The position numbers were made by a program, and so were the translations under genes. A DNA stretch of 63,547 bases, the filler included, from Octopus bimaculoides (Eukaryota): the NCBI RefSeq assembly GCF_001194135.2. It is 7 parts of 7 records of this genome, joined end to end, with 100 filler letters (N's around TTAATTAATTAA, not from the genome) between each part and the next. Parts side by side here need not be neighbours in the genome. Positions count along the whole stretch, not along the records: positions 8,776 to 19,894 come from NC_069008.1; positions 19,995 to 43,617 come from NC_069003.1; 5 more parts are not named here. One strand, written 5' to 3'. Positions within the stretch are counted from its first letter, which is position 1, and every line of letters starts with the position of its first letter. Positions 10,142 through 22,320 of this stretch are shown in pieces. A model generated the notes under the pieces. It had not been told where the DNA came from, made no database searches, and worked only from the letters and a program-made list of their open reading frames with translations.

Positions 10142-12727
10142 TGGTCAAGCACTAAATAGAATGTTGGGTCGAGCCCAAACGAGCCTTGAATATAATTCCG
10201 TAACCTCGCCGCGCATTAGAAATATCGATTTTTAAAAACCATTTAAAAAATTTCAATTAACTTTCTTAAACGTGGTTAAAATTGTGTGTATATATATATA
10301 TATACATATATATATAAACAAAATTAAGGGATCAGCAACAGGTTGCTTCACCACATACCNNNNNNNNNNNNNNNNNNNNNNNNNNNNNNNNNNNNNNNNN
10401 NNNNNNNNNNNNNNNNNNNNNNNNNNNNNNNNNNNNNNNNNNNNNNNNNNNNNNNNNNNNNNNNNNNNNNNNNNNNNNNNNNNNNNNNNNNNNNNNNNNN
10501 NNNNNNNNNNNNNNNNNNNNNNNNNNNNNNNNNNNNNNNNNNNNNNNNNNNNNNNNNNNNNNNNNNNNNNNNNNNNNNNNNNNNNNNNNNNNNNNNNNNN
10601 NNNNNNNNNNNNNNNNNNNNNNNNNNNNNNNNNNNNNNNNNNNNNNNNNNNNNNNNNNNNNNNNNNNNNNNNNNNNNNNNNNNNNNNNNNNNNNNNNNNN
10701 NNNNNNNNNNNNNNNNNNNNNNNNNNNNNNNNNNNNNNNNNNNNNNNNNNNNNNNNNNNNNNNNNNNNNNNNNNNNNNNNNNNNNNNNNNNNNNNNNNNN
10801 NNNNNNNNNNNNNNNNNNNNNNNNNNNNNNNNNNNNNNNNNNNNNNNNNNNNNNNNNNNNNNNNNNNNNNNNNNNNNNNNNNNNNNNNNNNNNNNNNNNN
10901 NNNNNNNNNNNNNNNNNNNNNNNNNNNNNNNNNNNNNNNNNNNNNNNNNNNNNNNNNNNNNNNNNNNNNNNNNNNNNNNNNNNNNNNNNNNNNNNNTATG
11001 TTAAAATATTCCTTGTATTATAACCATTATTTTCTTATAAGTTTTATAGCATGTTGTAAAGCTGTCTCTTGCCACTGTTGTATCTGTCTCTGTCGCTCTG
11101 ACAGATATTGGTACTTGGATGTTGAATGTCTCCCATGATAATTAACAACCAAACATTAAAGGTTATAATGTACGGAAAGAGACCCTGTGAGACCTCTGAC
11201 AGCAGGCTGCTGTCCACTCTCACAAAATCTTCCAGAGCAAGCAAGACCGAGCAACAACAACAACAATGGTAATATTAATAATAATATTGTTCTCTGTATT
11301 AACCTCTAATGGCTCACAAAAAAAATAACACTGTGGACGGTACAGGACAATAGGATCTATTTTAAAACGGGGGCACCAGTTTTCATTTATGTTTTATGTA
11401 GTGTTTTTGGTACCGAAAGACTTTCAAACTTCGTATACTTATCTATTTTGTGTTATAGAACAGAAAAAAATTTTTGTATTCGAATTTATTTCATGTCAAA
11501 AATTGTCTTATTTCGATAATTTCTACTAATTACTGACGTCTATTCAGTTGAAAACAGTTAGCGCTGTAACGGTGTATATCGTATTAATCCCCTAACCCTA
11601 ACTAGACTGTTAACCCTAACTCTAGAATCCGAACTCTAAAATTGTTACACACATAGATACGTACAGCGTAATTTATTATATAAACAATATATGCGTATAA
11701 ATTACGATTAAACCGGATGAANNNNNNNNNNNNNNNNNNNNNNNNNNNNNNNNNNNNNNNNNNNNNNNNNNNNNNNNNNNNNNNNNNNNNNNNNNNNNNN
11801 NNNNNNNNNNNNNNNNNNNNNNNNNNNNNNNNNNNNNNNNNNNNNNNNNNNNNNNNNNNNNNNNNNNNNNNNNNNNNNNNNNNNNNNNNNNNNNNNNNNN
11901 NNNNNNNNNNNNNNNNNNNNNNNNNNNNNNNNNNNNNNNNNNNNNNNNNNNNNNNNNNNNNNNNNNNNNNNNNNNNNNNNNNNNNNNNNNNNNNNNNNNN
12001 NNNNNNNNNNNNNNNNNNNNNNNNNNNNNNNNNNNNNNNNNNNNNNNNNNNNNNNNNNNNNNNNNNNNNNNNNNNNNNNNNNNNNNNNNNNNNNNNNNNN
12101 NNNNNNNNNNNNNNNNNNNNNNNNNNNNNNNNNNNNNNNNNNNNNNNNNNNNNNNNNNNNNNNNNNNNNNNNNNNNNNNNNNNNNNNNNNNNNNNNNNNN
12201 NNNNNNNNNNNNNNNNNNNNNNNNNNNNNNNNNNNNNNNNNNNNNNNNNNNNNNNNNNNNNNNNNNNNNNNNNNNNNNNNNNNNNNNNNNNNNNNNNNNN
12301 NNNNNNNNNNNNNNNNNNNNNNNNNNNNNNNNNNNNNNNNNNNNNNNNNNNNNNNNNNNNNNNNNNNNNNNNNNNNNNNNNNNNNNNNNNNNNNNNNNNN
12401 NNNNNNNNNNNNNNNNNNNNNNNNNNNNNNNNNNNNNNNNNNNNNNNNNNNNNNNNNNNNNNNNNNNNNNNNNNNNNNNNNNNNNNNNNNNNNNNNNNNN
12501 NNNNNNNNNNNNNNNNNNNNNNNNNNNNNNNNNNNNNNNNNNNNNNNNNNNNNNNNNNNNNNNNNNNNNNNNNNNNNNNNNNNNNNNNNNNNNNNNNNNN
12601 NNNNNNNNNNNNNNNNNNNNNNNNNNNNNNNNNNNNNNNNNNNNNNNNNNNNNNNNNNNNNNNNNNNNNNNNNNNNNNNNNNNNNCCAGTAGATAAGGAG
12701 GTCTGTTTTTTTTTTTGTTTCTCTTTA

Positions 12728-15168
12728 GGGTCATTCCATATGTACATGTGACCAACTCAGAATTGGCTCAAGTTTTCTTTTCGGTTATACGTCTATATGC
12801 ACAACGAACACATACATAATTTTAGGATCCAACTCCTAAGGGTTTCAAAGATATGCCCGCCATAATTTGTGGGCCACGCCCTTCGTGGAGCGCGAGTATT
12901 AATTTATACAGATTTTGGTGTTGAATATCTTTAAAACTAATCATAGTATTTGACTGAAATTGGTTACTCCGAGTAATCTAAACACAGCCTGTCAGAATCC
13001 GCTATCAGAATTGCTCTATCCTTCTTCATTTTTGAGTCATTGGCCTTTCAAATATGAACCTTTTAATGGACAGAAATATAAAAAAAAAGCAAATCACTAT
13101 TCATGGGTCCTCCATGAGGCCCAGATGTCTCTCATAAACAAACTTCTGCTGATTTTCTTCAAGTTGAGGACTGATTTGTCCATGATAAGAATATTGACAA
13201 TGAACAAAGCATAATACAATATTTAGAGGCCTCTGAAAATGGTTCTGTGTGAACAAATACTTTTTTGACAATCTTCGCCTCGCAAGTTCACCATGTGGGC
13301 AATTAAACAAGGAAATAAAACTTGTTCTCCAAGAATGTATGTATCCAAAATTTAATCATTCAAAATTTCAATTTGTTTTCTCATGTCCTTCATAGTTAAT
13401 TCGGTTTCCAAGTAATAGTGTCTTTTCTTTTAGCAAATATGCTCTTTCGTTATATGGAAAATTATTGGATCAAGTGGACTGGCATGCACATAGTGCCCCC
13501 TAGTAGATTCACGCATACGCTTCTTCATTATTTGTAATGAATTTCATACCCCTTGTGGATTCGTGCGCACACTTTTGGCGTGTATGCTCGACAGTCCTCG
13601 AAATCCAAAATATTAACACACATCAATCTATGAAGGTATGGTAATCATTTTTGCATTCACTTTCACTACGTAATTTGGCTACATTGAATATGAATCTAGA
13701 AGAGACACCACTGCGCATTATTAACTCTTGTGTCAAAAAGTTGGTCACGGAAAAAAACTATTGAAACCTTTGATGCAAGTGATCACATTGTGCGGAGGTC
13801 ACAGCAACTGAAGAAAGAAAATGGTATTTTGGCTGATACTGACTCAAAGAAGGGTGGAAGAGCACTTGCTTCTGACTTCACGGAACGGATAATGAAATTG
13901 CAATTCTACGAGTCGGAGAATTATTCGCGTGTTTGCCCAGGTAAAAAGGAATTTGTTACTATAAAGGAGAACGGAGTAAAGGTTCACCAACATAAACAGC
14001 TATTGCTTGTGACTCTGCGTGAACCTTTTTAATGGAATACAGGAAGAAGTACTCAGCAGATAAGGTAGGCTTTTCGAAGTTTTGTGACTTGCAACCGAAA
14101 TGGTGTGTTCCAGTTCTTGCGTCAGGCATACATTCAGTCTGTAACACCAAAATGCAAAATTTATCGCCGCTGCCTTTCCAGTAGTCACGACTACAAAGAC
14201 TTGCTTGGCAAAATGGTCTGTTCCGTGAGCAATCAAGATTGTATGTTGCTCCTTTGTGAATCATGTCTTGGGAAGATTGCATTTGAACAACATTTGTTAG
14301 AAGTATTTTCTTCACATAATTTTGACTCCGACGGTTTAGAAAACGTACAAACTGAGCTCATGTGGACCGGACAGTCTTCTTATACCTAACTTCCCCAGTG
14401 AATGACTTCATTCAAACCGATGGTAGTGTATTTGATTCTCTATGACAACACCATTTCATAGCAAAGATTCATTCTAGTTTCCTTGGTCATCCATCAGAAA
14501 GATGATCTGACATCAAGTCAAGTAATAATACTGTTAGACTTTGTAGAAAATTATGGTTTTGTAGTGCAAGACGAGGTGCAAGGGTCTCATTGGAACGACG
14601 CACAGGCAACTATTCCTCCATTTGTATTTCTACTATAAGACCGGTGGAAGCTTGTAATGCATTTCAATCCATGTCATATTTGATTGTTTGAAATATGACA
14701 CTACTGCAATGCATGCATTATTACAAGGGTGATATCGCGTATGAAAAAAGAACTTCCGTTCATAAACAAGCTGCCTGCCAATACAAGAACTACAAAAACC
14801 TAACAAATCTCTCATCATCAAAACGATCATGGGCTAGAGGTGCAATGGCATTTCTTTGCCACGTCGCATGGAAAAAATCCATGTGGGACCGCGAAACGTT
14901 TGGCTGCAAAAGCAAGCCTACAAACAGCAACAGATGTACATATTCTCACGACTGTTTTATTCAATACCGTGCTTTTTGTACGGATAACTATTGTAAAATT
15001 TATCCCAAATTAAGCGTGGTTGTTCTGCTAGAACAAACTATACCGCAAAAGTTACCATGAGAGAATCTTTCATATCGGCTTTATGGTACAAAATACATTC
15101 TCGTTTATATCACTAGGATATGAACAAGAGTGTATTTTGCACCAAAAGCTAATCCACATATCCGACCC
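12728..15168 (+). mobile_element. Decayed DDD/E DNA transposon, Sola2-like transposase pseudogene
   Basis: Frameshifted motifs in order: FYESENYSRVCPGKKEFV, VGFSKFCDLQPKWCV, LLDFVENYGFVVQDEVQGSHWNDAQATIPPF, QYKNYKNL, WHFFATSHGKNPCG (13730-14900). Candidate termini TA|GGGTC ... GACCC|TA. Superfamily assignment is from memory of motifs. Confidence 0.7.
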
Positions 15169-15924
15169 TACCACCACCACCACCACCACCACCACCGCCA
15201 CAGCCAGACACATCATTACAACACTCACATCATTAACATCAACACTGCTGTAACCATAACACTCTTAAAACAATACCACAAACACCATCACTAACAAGAC
15301 TATCTCCGCCACCTCCACCACCACTGCTACCATCACCTACCCCAACACATCCTACACATCCCGATAACAATACATATTTTTAATGTGTGTTTAGTGAAGT
15401 GAGTCTGAAAACAATAACTCTTACGAATCAAATTCAATTTATGTTTATCTGAGAATGTTCACATCACACTTGATTCGAGTAGAGGCTATCGACTTCAGTG
15501 GGCAGTTCTGACATCTGTGCAGATTAGCAACAACTTTAGACACTCCTGGCTGTAGTGAACTGTTCACACATTTATTGACATTCTGTGATAGTTCTTAGAG
15601 TTGTTACTATTACTGAGAACAGACAGCAGTCCATAACCCTTTCATTCATCTCTGTCATAACCTGTCGCATTCATCTCTAACAAACGTAAGTGTTATTTCG
15701 TTATATTCTACTATGTGTTGTATTTTTATTTCATTACAAAGGAACTCTGTTGGTATGGCTGGGTGCACAAAGCCATACATATGCTACTCAACTACAGTTT
15801 GTGAGTGGTCCTTCTTTATTGACTTCAAGACGTAAATAGAAACAGCTTTCAGTCAAATATCGTCCCAGTTAATCCACTCAACGATAAATTTAATAATATT
15901 TATAATGCTTCGTGTTTACGTTTT

Positions 15925-16125
15925 GAGTTCAAATTCGGCGTGTCGGACAAAATGTTTATCGGCATTTTGTTCTTTCTTTTTTTCGTTCTGAATTCAAATT
16001 CCGCGGAGGTCGACTTTGCCTCTAATTATCTCGGGGTCGATTGAATATGTACCAGTTGAGGACTGGGGTTGATGTAATCAACAAGGCCCTTCCCCTAAAA
16101 TTGCTGCTTTGTACCAAAATGTGAA
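15925..16125 (+). mobile_element. SINE (39826-type family), degenerate
   Basis: GTTCTGAATTCAAATTCCGCGGAGGTCGACTTTGCC core shared with 39826-40055. Confidence 0.65.
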
Positions 16126-16924
16126 TACCTGACATATTATATTATACAGTTCTAAAACTATTTAACTCAATATCGAACCTTTTGGATGGAGAATTTACTG
16201 TCGTTACTATTTAAGAATTTACTGTCGTTACTATCTCCGTTTGATCTTTTGGAACAAACTATTCTGCGGTAGTTACCATAGAAGGAACTCTCATATCGGT
16301 GTTTTGTGCAAAGTGTACTCTTCTTTATATCGATAGCGACATACACGAGAGTGTATTTTGCGTCAAAAGCCGTTGGGAGTGAGAGTTTCATTTATCGTAC
16401 CTACTGCTGTAGATTCTACGATAGATATTATCTTATGGTATTTAGACTGTCTCTAATAAATAATTTGTGAGTTATTTATTTACAAAGTTATTGTGCCTGT
16501 GTTTACATTAGAAATTATCATAAAACTTCTACCATTTAGTTAGGATTAATTAATTCCATACATTATTTCGAGGATAAACTTTCTCCGTTATAAAATAAAG
16601 AAGCCTGACTTAGATGTCTCCACGATCGTACGCAACATATACTATTAATTGCTACTATTTTGTTTGGAGATAGAAAATTGGGAGGTGATCTGTGGTGAAG
16701 GCTTTAGCAAAACATGAAACAATTCAAATTCATCCATTTTTTTCCTTGCCCTCAAATACACAAACAATAGGTGTAACCAATATTTTTACTTGTTACAGCC
16801 AGGCCAAATTGTGTTTAGTTGAAACATATATGTATAACATCTACTTTACATTTCAAATTTTTCTTATAAATCAATCCGAATCTGCTGTAAGCATGTATAT
16901 AGTAAAAGGATGTGTCACTGTGAT

Positions 16925-17407
16925 ATGCATTATCACTACAACACGATCATTACTAGTTTCACAATTACACCAGCTTCTCGCCACAGCCACTACTACTTAA
17001 ACCTGACGACTACTCCACCACCACTAATTTTTGCACACCACAAAAAACGCCGATACAATCACAATACTCCTCCCTCCACCACCACTGCACCGTTACCCTC
17101 GCCAGCATCCCCACCACAAACACACAACACTTCCTCCACGTCTAACACCACTACATCCGCGCTAACATCAGCATCAACCATCGCTCATCTAGTTAACATC
17201 TCCCACAAGCATAACCACAACTCCAAAATCATCACTAACATCTTATCACATCGCAGCAACAACGGACAAACCAACTACCGCTTTTATAACCATTACCGAT
17301 TCTACCTCGCTACAACATTAACAGCACCATTACTAGCAGCACGACGCTGCCACCATCAATTACACCACTCCAGCAACAAAAGCCACACACCAGCCCGCAT
17401 CCACCAC

Positions 17408-17448
<41 letters not shown>

Positions 17449-17450
17449 AA
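16925..17450. repeat. CAC/ACC-rich low-complexity tract ending in (GCC)n
   Basis: Direct inspection; (GCC)n at about 17411-17447. Confidence 0.7.
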
Positions 17451-18174
17451 GGATGAAAAGCAAAGTCGACCTCTGCGGAAACAAAGCACTTAATCAATAG
17501 AATCAGCACTCGATATCACACAACAAACCACAGAGCAGGTACTTACCGCTGAACAATATAACAAAATATATAATTCTAGATAATCAGCAATCGATACTGT
17601 CATACGTTCTACATTCAACAAAATTTACATATTACACATTTGCTGCCCTATAATATATTATACAACCGATGTGCTTCTTCATTTTGCACTATTACCATAT
17701 AAGAAAGAAAGACAATTCACATAGTACACAGTTCTTTGTATTGCATAGTCAAGAGAATAGCAGTTCCTGTGTCCATTTTCACGGCTCTGAGACTAGTAAG
17801 AAGAAAAGATAATGGAATCTTCAAAGAGGAAAACTGTCCCAATGCTTGTAACAGAACGTGCTTCATTAAAGATATCCAAGAAACCAAGTGGTGGTGCTAA
17901 ACCAGGCAACGGATTCATTTTACCACTACCTGTCGGTTGATTACAATTCCCTTTCATATGTTTTTACTCTATCTGACTACGCGCCGTGCGGTCCGGGAAT
18001 CGTAACAACGATCTTACGATTGTGAGCACAACACTAATTACAAGTCCATGTGCCTTCACTCCCTCATAATAACTATCGATTTACACACCTCTTTCGCTCT
18101 CCATCATCACCTATCACTATTTTCTCTTATTTCTCTTTCAATATCCTTCTTTCTTTGCAGATTCTAGAGCCAAG

Positions 18175-18499
18175 ATGTTTCAGTTTACTCCTACCAAACC
18201 AGCTGTGATTACAGTTCTGCTACTAAATCTTGCATTGACCCTGGTCGTTACTTCGGAATATAGAGAAACTTTTTTCAAACGACTGGTCCCTGGTTATTCC
18301 TACAGCTACATTGGTTCATCTTCTGGAGAGAAATTCTATCCAAGTCAAAGTGTATTACAATGTGCAGCAATCTCTTTAAAAAGTGATTCAGCATTCTTTA
18401 GTTATAACAAAGAAAGTCATTTATGTAAGAATTACTCACCGAATATTAAACTGACAGTAAACAGTACACAGGACAGCGACGAAAAATTCTTTTACAGAA
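18175..18499 (+). CDS. Secreted protein exon: signal peptide + PAN/apple-like domain (partial gene)
   Basis: Polypyrimidine acceptor TTCTTTGCAG at 18151-18160 and ATG at 18175. Hydrophobic leader (AVITVLLLNLALTLVVTS), then S..L.CA......FSYN.....C..Y, typical of molluscan PAN-like modules. Donor A|GTAAGA at 18500 (phase 1). The poly-Ile tail in the ORF track is intronic (ATT)n. Confidence 0.7.
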
Positions 18500-18509
18500 G
18501 TAAGAGAAC

Positions 18510-18510
<1 letters not shown>

Positions 18511-18597
<87 letters not shown>

Positions 18598-18625
18598 TAG
18601 TTTTATTTTTATAACGTGCTTTCAC
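18511..18625 (-). mobile_element. 3' end and (TAA)n tail of R4/Dong-like element; body in gap
   Basis: Reverse complement GTGAAAGCACGTTATAAAAATAAAACTACTGAA(TAA)n is identical to the 3' end at 56843-56877. Confidence 0.8.
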
Positions 18626-19627
18626 NNNNNNNNNNNNNNNNNNNNNNNNNNNNNNNNNNNNNNNNNNNNNNNNNNNNNNNNNNNNNNNNNNNNNNNNNNN
18701 NNNNNNNNNNNNNNNNNNNNNNNNNNNNNNNNNNNNNNNNNNNNNNNNNNNNNNNNNNNNNNNNNNNNNNNNNNNNNNNNNNNNNNNNNNNNNNNNNNNN
18801 NNNNNNNNNNNNNNNNNNNNNNNNNNNNNNNNNNNNNNNNNNNNNNNNNNNNNNNNNNNNNNNNNNNNNNNNNNNNNNNNNNNNNNNNNNNNNNNNNNNN
18901 NNNNNNNNNNNNNNNNNNNNNNNNNNNNNNNNNNNNNNNNNNNNNNNNNNNNNNNNNNNNNNNNNNNNNNNNNNNNNNNNNNNNNNNNNNNNNNNNNNNN
19001 NNNNNNNNNNNNNNNNNNNNNNNNNNNNNNNNNNNNNNNNNNNNNNNNNNNNNNNNNNNNNNNNNNNNNNNNNNNNNNNNNNNNNNNNNNNNNNNNNNNN
19101 NNNNNNNNNNNNNNNNNNNNNNNNNNNNNNNNNNNNNNNNNNNNNNNNNNNNNNNNNNNNNNNNNNNNNNNNNNNNNNNNNNNNNNNNNNNNNNNNNNNN
19201 NNNNNNNNNNNNNNNNNNNNNNNNNNNNNNNNNNNNNNNNNNNNNNNNNNNNNNNNNNNNNNNNNNNNNNNNNNNNNNNNNNNNNNNNNNNNNNNNNNNN
19301 NNNNNNNNNNNNNNNNNNNNNNNNNNNNNNNNNNNNNNNNNNNNNNNNNNNNNNNNNNNNNNNNNNNNNNNNNNNNNNNNNNNNNNNNNNNNNNNNNNNN
19401 NNNNNNNNNNNNNNNNNNNNNNNNNNNNNNNNNNNNNNNNNNNNNNNNNNNNNNNNNNNNNNNNNNNNNNNNNNNNNNNNNNNNNNNNNNNNNNNNNNNN
19501 NNNNNNNNNNNNNNNNNNNNNNNNNNNNNNNNNNNNNNNNNNNNNNNNNNNNNNNNNNNNNNNNNNNNNNNNNNNNNNNNNNNNNNNNNNNNNNNNNNNN
19601 NNNNNNNNNNNNNNNNNNNNNGAGAAC

Positions 19628-19679
<52 letters not shown>

Positions 19680-19894
19680 GAGTGAGAGAGCAGTGCACGC
19701 CATCAAAGTGACACTGGGGTAAAATATACGAAGCCCAATATGCCTATCATGACTACCCGTCTGATAAGGGTACACCAGGCACATGCATCACAACCATATG
19801 TGCGCGACATGGTGATCTCATATCAAGATAAACAACGCATGACTTTGCAAGTGGGACCCAGTTAGAATTTTCTTCAGGTCGAGTAGCCCATCCC
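19628..19894 (-). mobile_element. 3' end of a second (TAA)n-tailed retroposon family
   Basis: Non-microsatellite sequence abutting an (ATT)n tract in the same geometry as the 18.5-kb element but with unrelated sequence. The retroposon identity is inferred. Confidence 0.45.
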
Positions 19895-22077
19895 NNNNNN
19901 NNNNNNNNNNNNNNNNNNNNNNNNNNNNNNNNNNNNNNTTAATTAATTAANNNNNNNNNNNNNNNNNNNNNNNNNNNNNNNNNNNNNNNNNNNNGGATGT
20001 TAATAATACTGCCAAGTATTTTGTCCAATCTGCTCACGATTCTGCAGCCTTATAGTCTTAATATAATAATAATAATAATAGCAGTTCCACATCTCAGAAA
20101 TTTGTCCCTCCCCCTCTGCCCCCACACGCATACATACATGCACAACAGTCACCATTCACAAGCATGACTCAGGAGACATGTACCATGCTTTTGCTAACTG
20201 TCTCGGGGATGCCAATGTTGCCACAAGTAGACATAGAAACCCTCTTGACAACACTTCCACCATTCCACCCTTTACTCAGCAGATGTGACAACTAGATGGG
20301 AGGGAGGGAACGGGGAAGGGTGCAACTTGAAGTGGCTTGCACAAGTGAACAAAACGCACTGCCTGGTTCAGGAGTTGAACCCACAATCTTATGACCGTGG
20401 GCCCACTACCCCAACTACTAGGACACACACAGTTTACAACAGCAAGTACTACAGCCTAAACATTGTCATGATGGCTACAAACAACTATAACTATATATGT
20501 GTGTGTGTGTACAGTATGTGTCAATATGCATATCTAGTCTGTATGTAATGTAGTCTGTAATAGTTATAGTGGTGTGAAAATGACAAATATAGGAAGCTTT
20601 TTGTAAGTTTCCTTTAGGNNNNNNNNNNNNNNNNNNNNNNNNNNNNNNNNNNNNNNNNNNNNNNNNNNNNNNNNNNNNNNNNNNNNNNNNNNNNNNNNNN
20701 NNNNNNNNNNNNNNNNNNNNNNNNNNNNNNNNNNNNNNNNNNNNNNNNNNNNNNNNNNNNNNNNNNNNNNNNNNNNNNNNNNNNNNNNNNNNNNNNNNNN
20801 NNNNNNNNNNNNNNNNNNNNNNNNNNNNNNNNNNNNNNNNNNNNNNNNNNNNNNNNNNNNNNNNNNNNNNNNNNNNNNNNNNNNNNNNNNNNNNNNNNNN
20901 NNNNNNNNNNNNNNNNNNNNNNNNNNNNNNNNNNNNNNNNNNNNNNNNNNNNNNNNNNNNNNNNNNNNNNNNNNNNNNNNNNNNNNNNNNNNNNNNNNNN
21001 NNNNNNNNNNNNNNNNNNNNNNNNNNNNNNNNNNNNNNNNNNNNNNNNNNNNNNNNNNNNNNNNNNNNNNNNNNNNNNNNNNNNNNNNNNNNNNNNNNNN
21101 NNNNNNNNNNNNNNNNNNNNNNNNNNNNNNNNNNNNNNNNNNNNNNNNNNNNNNNNNNNNNNNNNNNNNNNNNNNNNNNNNNNNNNNNNNNNNNNNNNNN
21201 NNNNNNNNNNNNNNNNNNNNNNNNNNNNNNNNNNNNNNNNNNNNNNNNNNNNNNATATTGTTGTAACTTTCCAAAAATACGTTTTCTGGTGTGTAAATTA
21301 CGATTACGTTAACGTTTAGCGGGTGGCGGGGGATTAGAAACGGTGGTGGTTGGTCGGCTATTTTCCTCCCCAGCTCTGCTTTTATTTTTTTTTAAATGAC
21401 AAAGATGCTATTTAAAATATATGCATTTTAAAGAAGGGGGAAATGTTTATAGGAAGAAGAGGGAATGATCCAAACTTCCTTTAAAAGATATTAAGAAACA
21501 GTCGGAGTGTGGAGGCGGGGATTAATGTGTAGTTATGCCTGTATCTATATTGTATGTGTGTGTGTGTTTTAATTGTTGATAATTTAATTTCTAAATAAAC
21601 TGTTCAGTGTGCATTAGATACGACACGCTGCGATGCCGTTGAACTTGCTAGAAATAGCAGTCGATTTTTTTGTGAAATATCCACTGGCTTATAAAAAGGG
21701 AAGATCACAATGGGCCCTGTTGTCTCGGACTGGACCTTGTCTTTGTTCATATCTCCTCAATCTGAGTTTGATTTGGAATTAAACAATGCAACACGACCGA
21801 GTTCGTGATGTTGAAAAAGTGATGGTGGCAACGAATGAGATGAATAAACCTCGGTTAGTTACCGGAGTTACATGAAAAAGAAAATAGCATATTTGTACAC
21901 CATACCAGGCCAGAAGTGCACCAAACTAGCTGCACAAGTATTCTGGCCAGGTCGACTTTACTTTTCATCTTTTACGGGGTCATTAAAATAAAGGATCACT
22001 CAAGTACTGGAGTGGATATAATTGACTTATCCCGTCTCATAAAATTGCTGGCTTTGTGCCAAAATTTGAGACTTATG

Positions 22078-22320
22078 ACGGCGAGCTGGCAGAAGCGTTA
22101 GCACACTGGACAAAATGTTTAGTGGTTATTTCGTCCATCTTTAACGTTCTGAATTCAGAATTCATATTCCACTGAGGTCGACTTGGCCTTTTATCATTTC
22201 AGGATCGATGAAATAAGCACCAGTTTAGCACTGGGTCGATGTAATCGACTAACCCTCTCGCCCCAAATTTCAGGCCTTGAGCCTTTAGTAGAAAGCATAA
22301 TAATAATAATTATTATTATT
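22078..22320 (+). mobile_element. SINE (39826-type head) with (ATT/TAA)n tail
   Basis: GGCGAGCTGGCAGAAGCGTTAGCAC head; tail AAATTTCAGGCCTTGAGCCTTTAGTAGAAAG. Confidence 0.75.

Noticed and set aside
10272-12755. Long ORFs in the track made mostly of X (also 18.6-19.8, 20.6-21.3, 47.9-48.6, 57.6-58.2 and 59.1-60.1 kb)
   Set aside because: Translations through N gaps and microsatellites.
15480-15830. C-type-lectin-like words (VWLGA, FVSG) around a GT-AG pair
   Set aside because: The frames do not join without stops and the intron would be only 56 bp.
16910-17500. 196-aa Thr/His/Arg-rich ORF
   Set aside because: Product of CAC/GCC low-complexity sequence ending in a SINE fragment; no splice or domain support.
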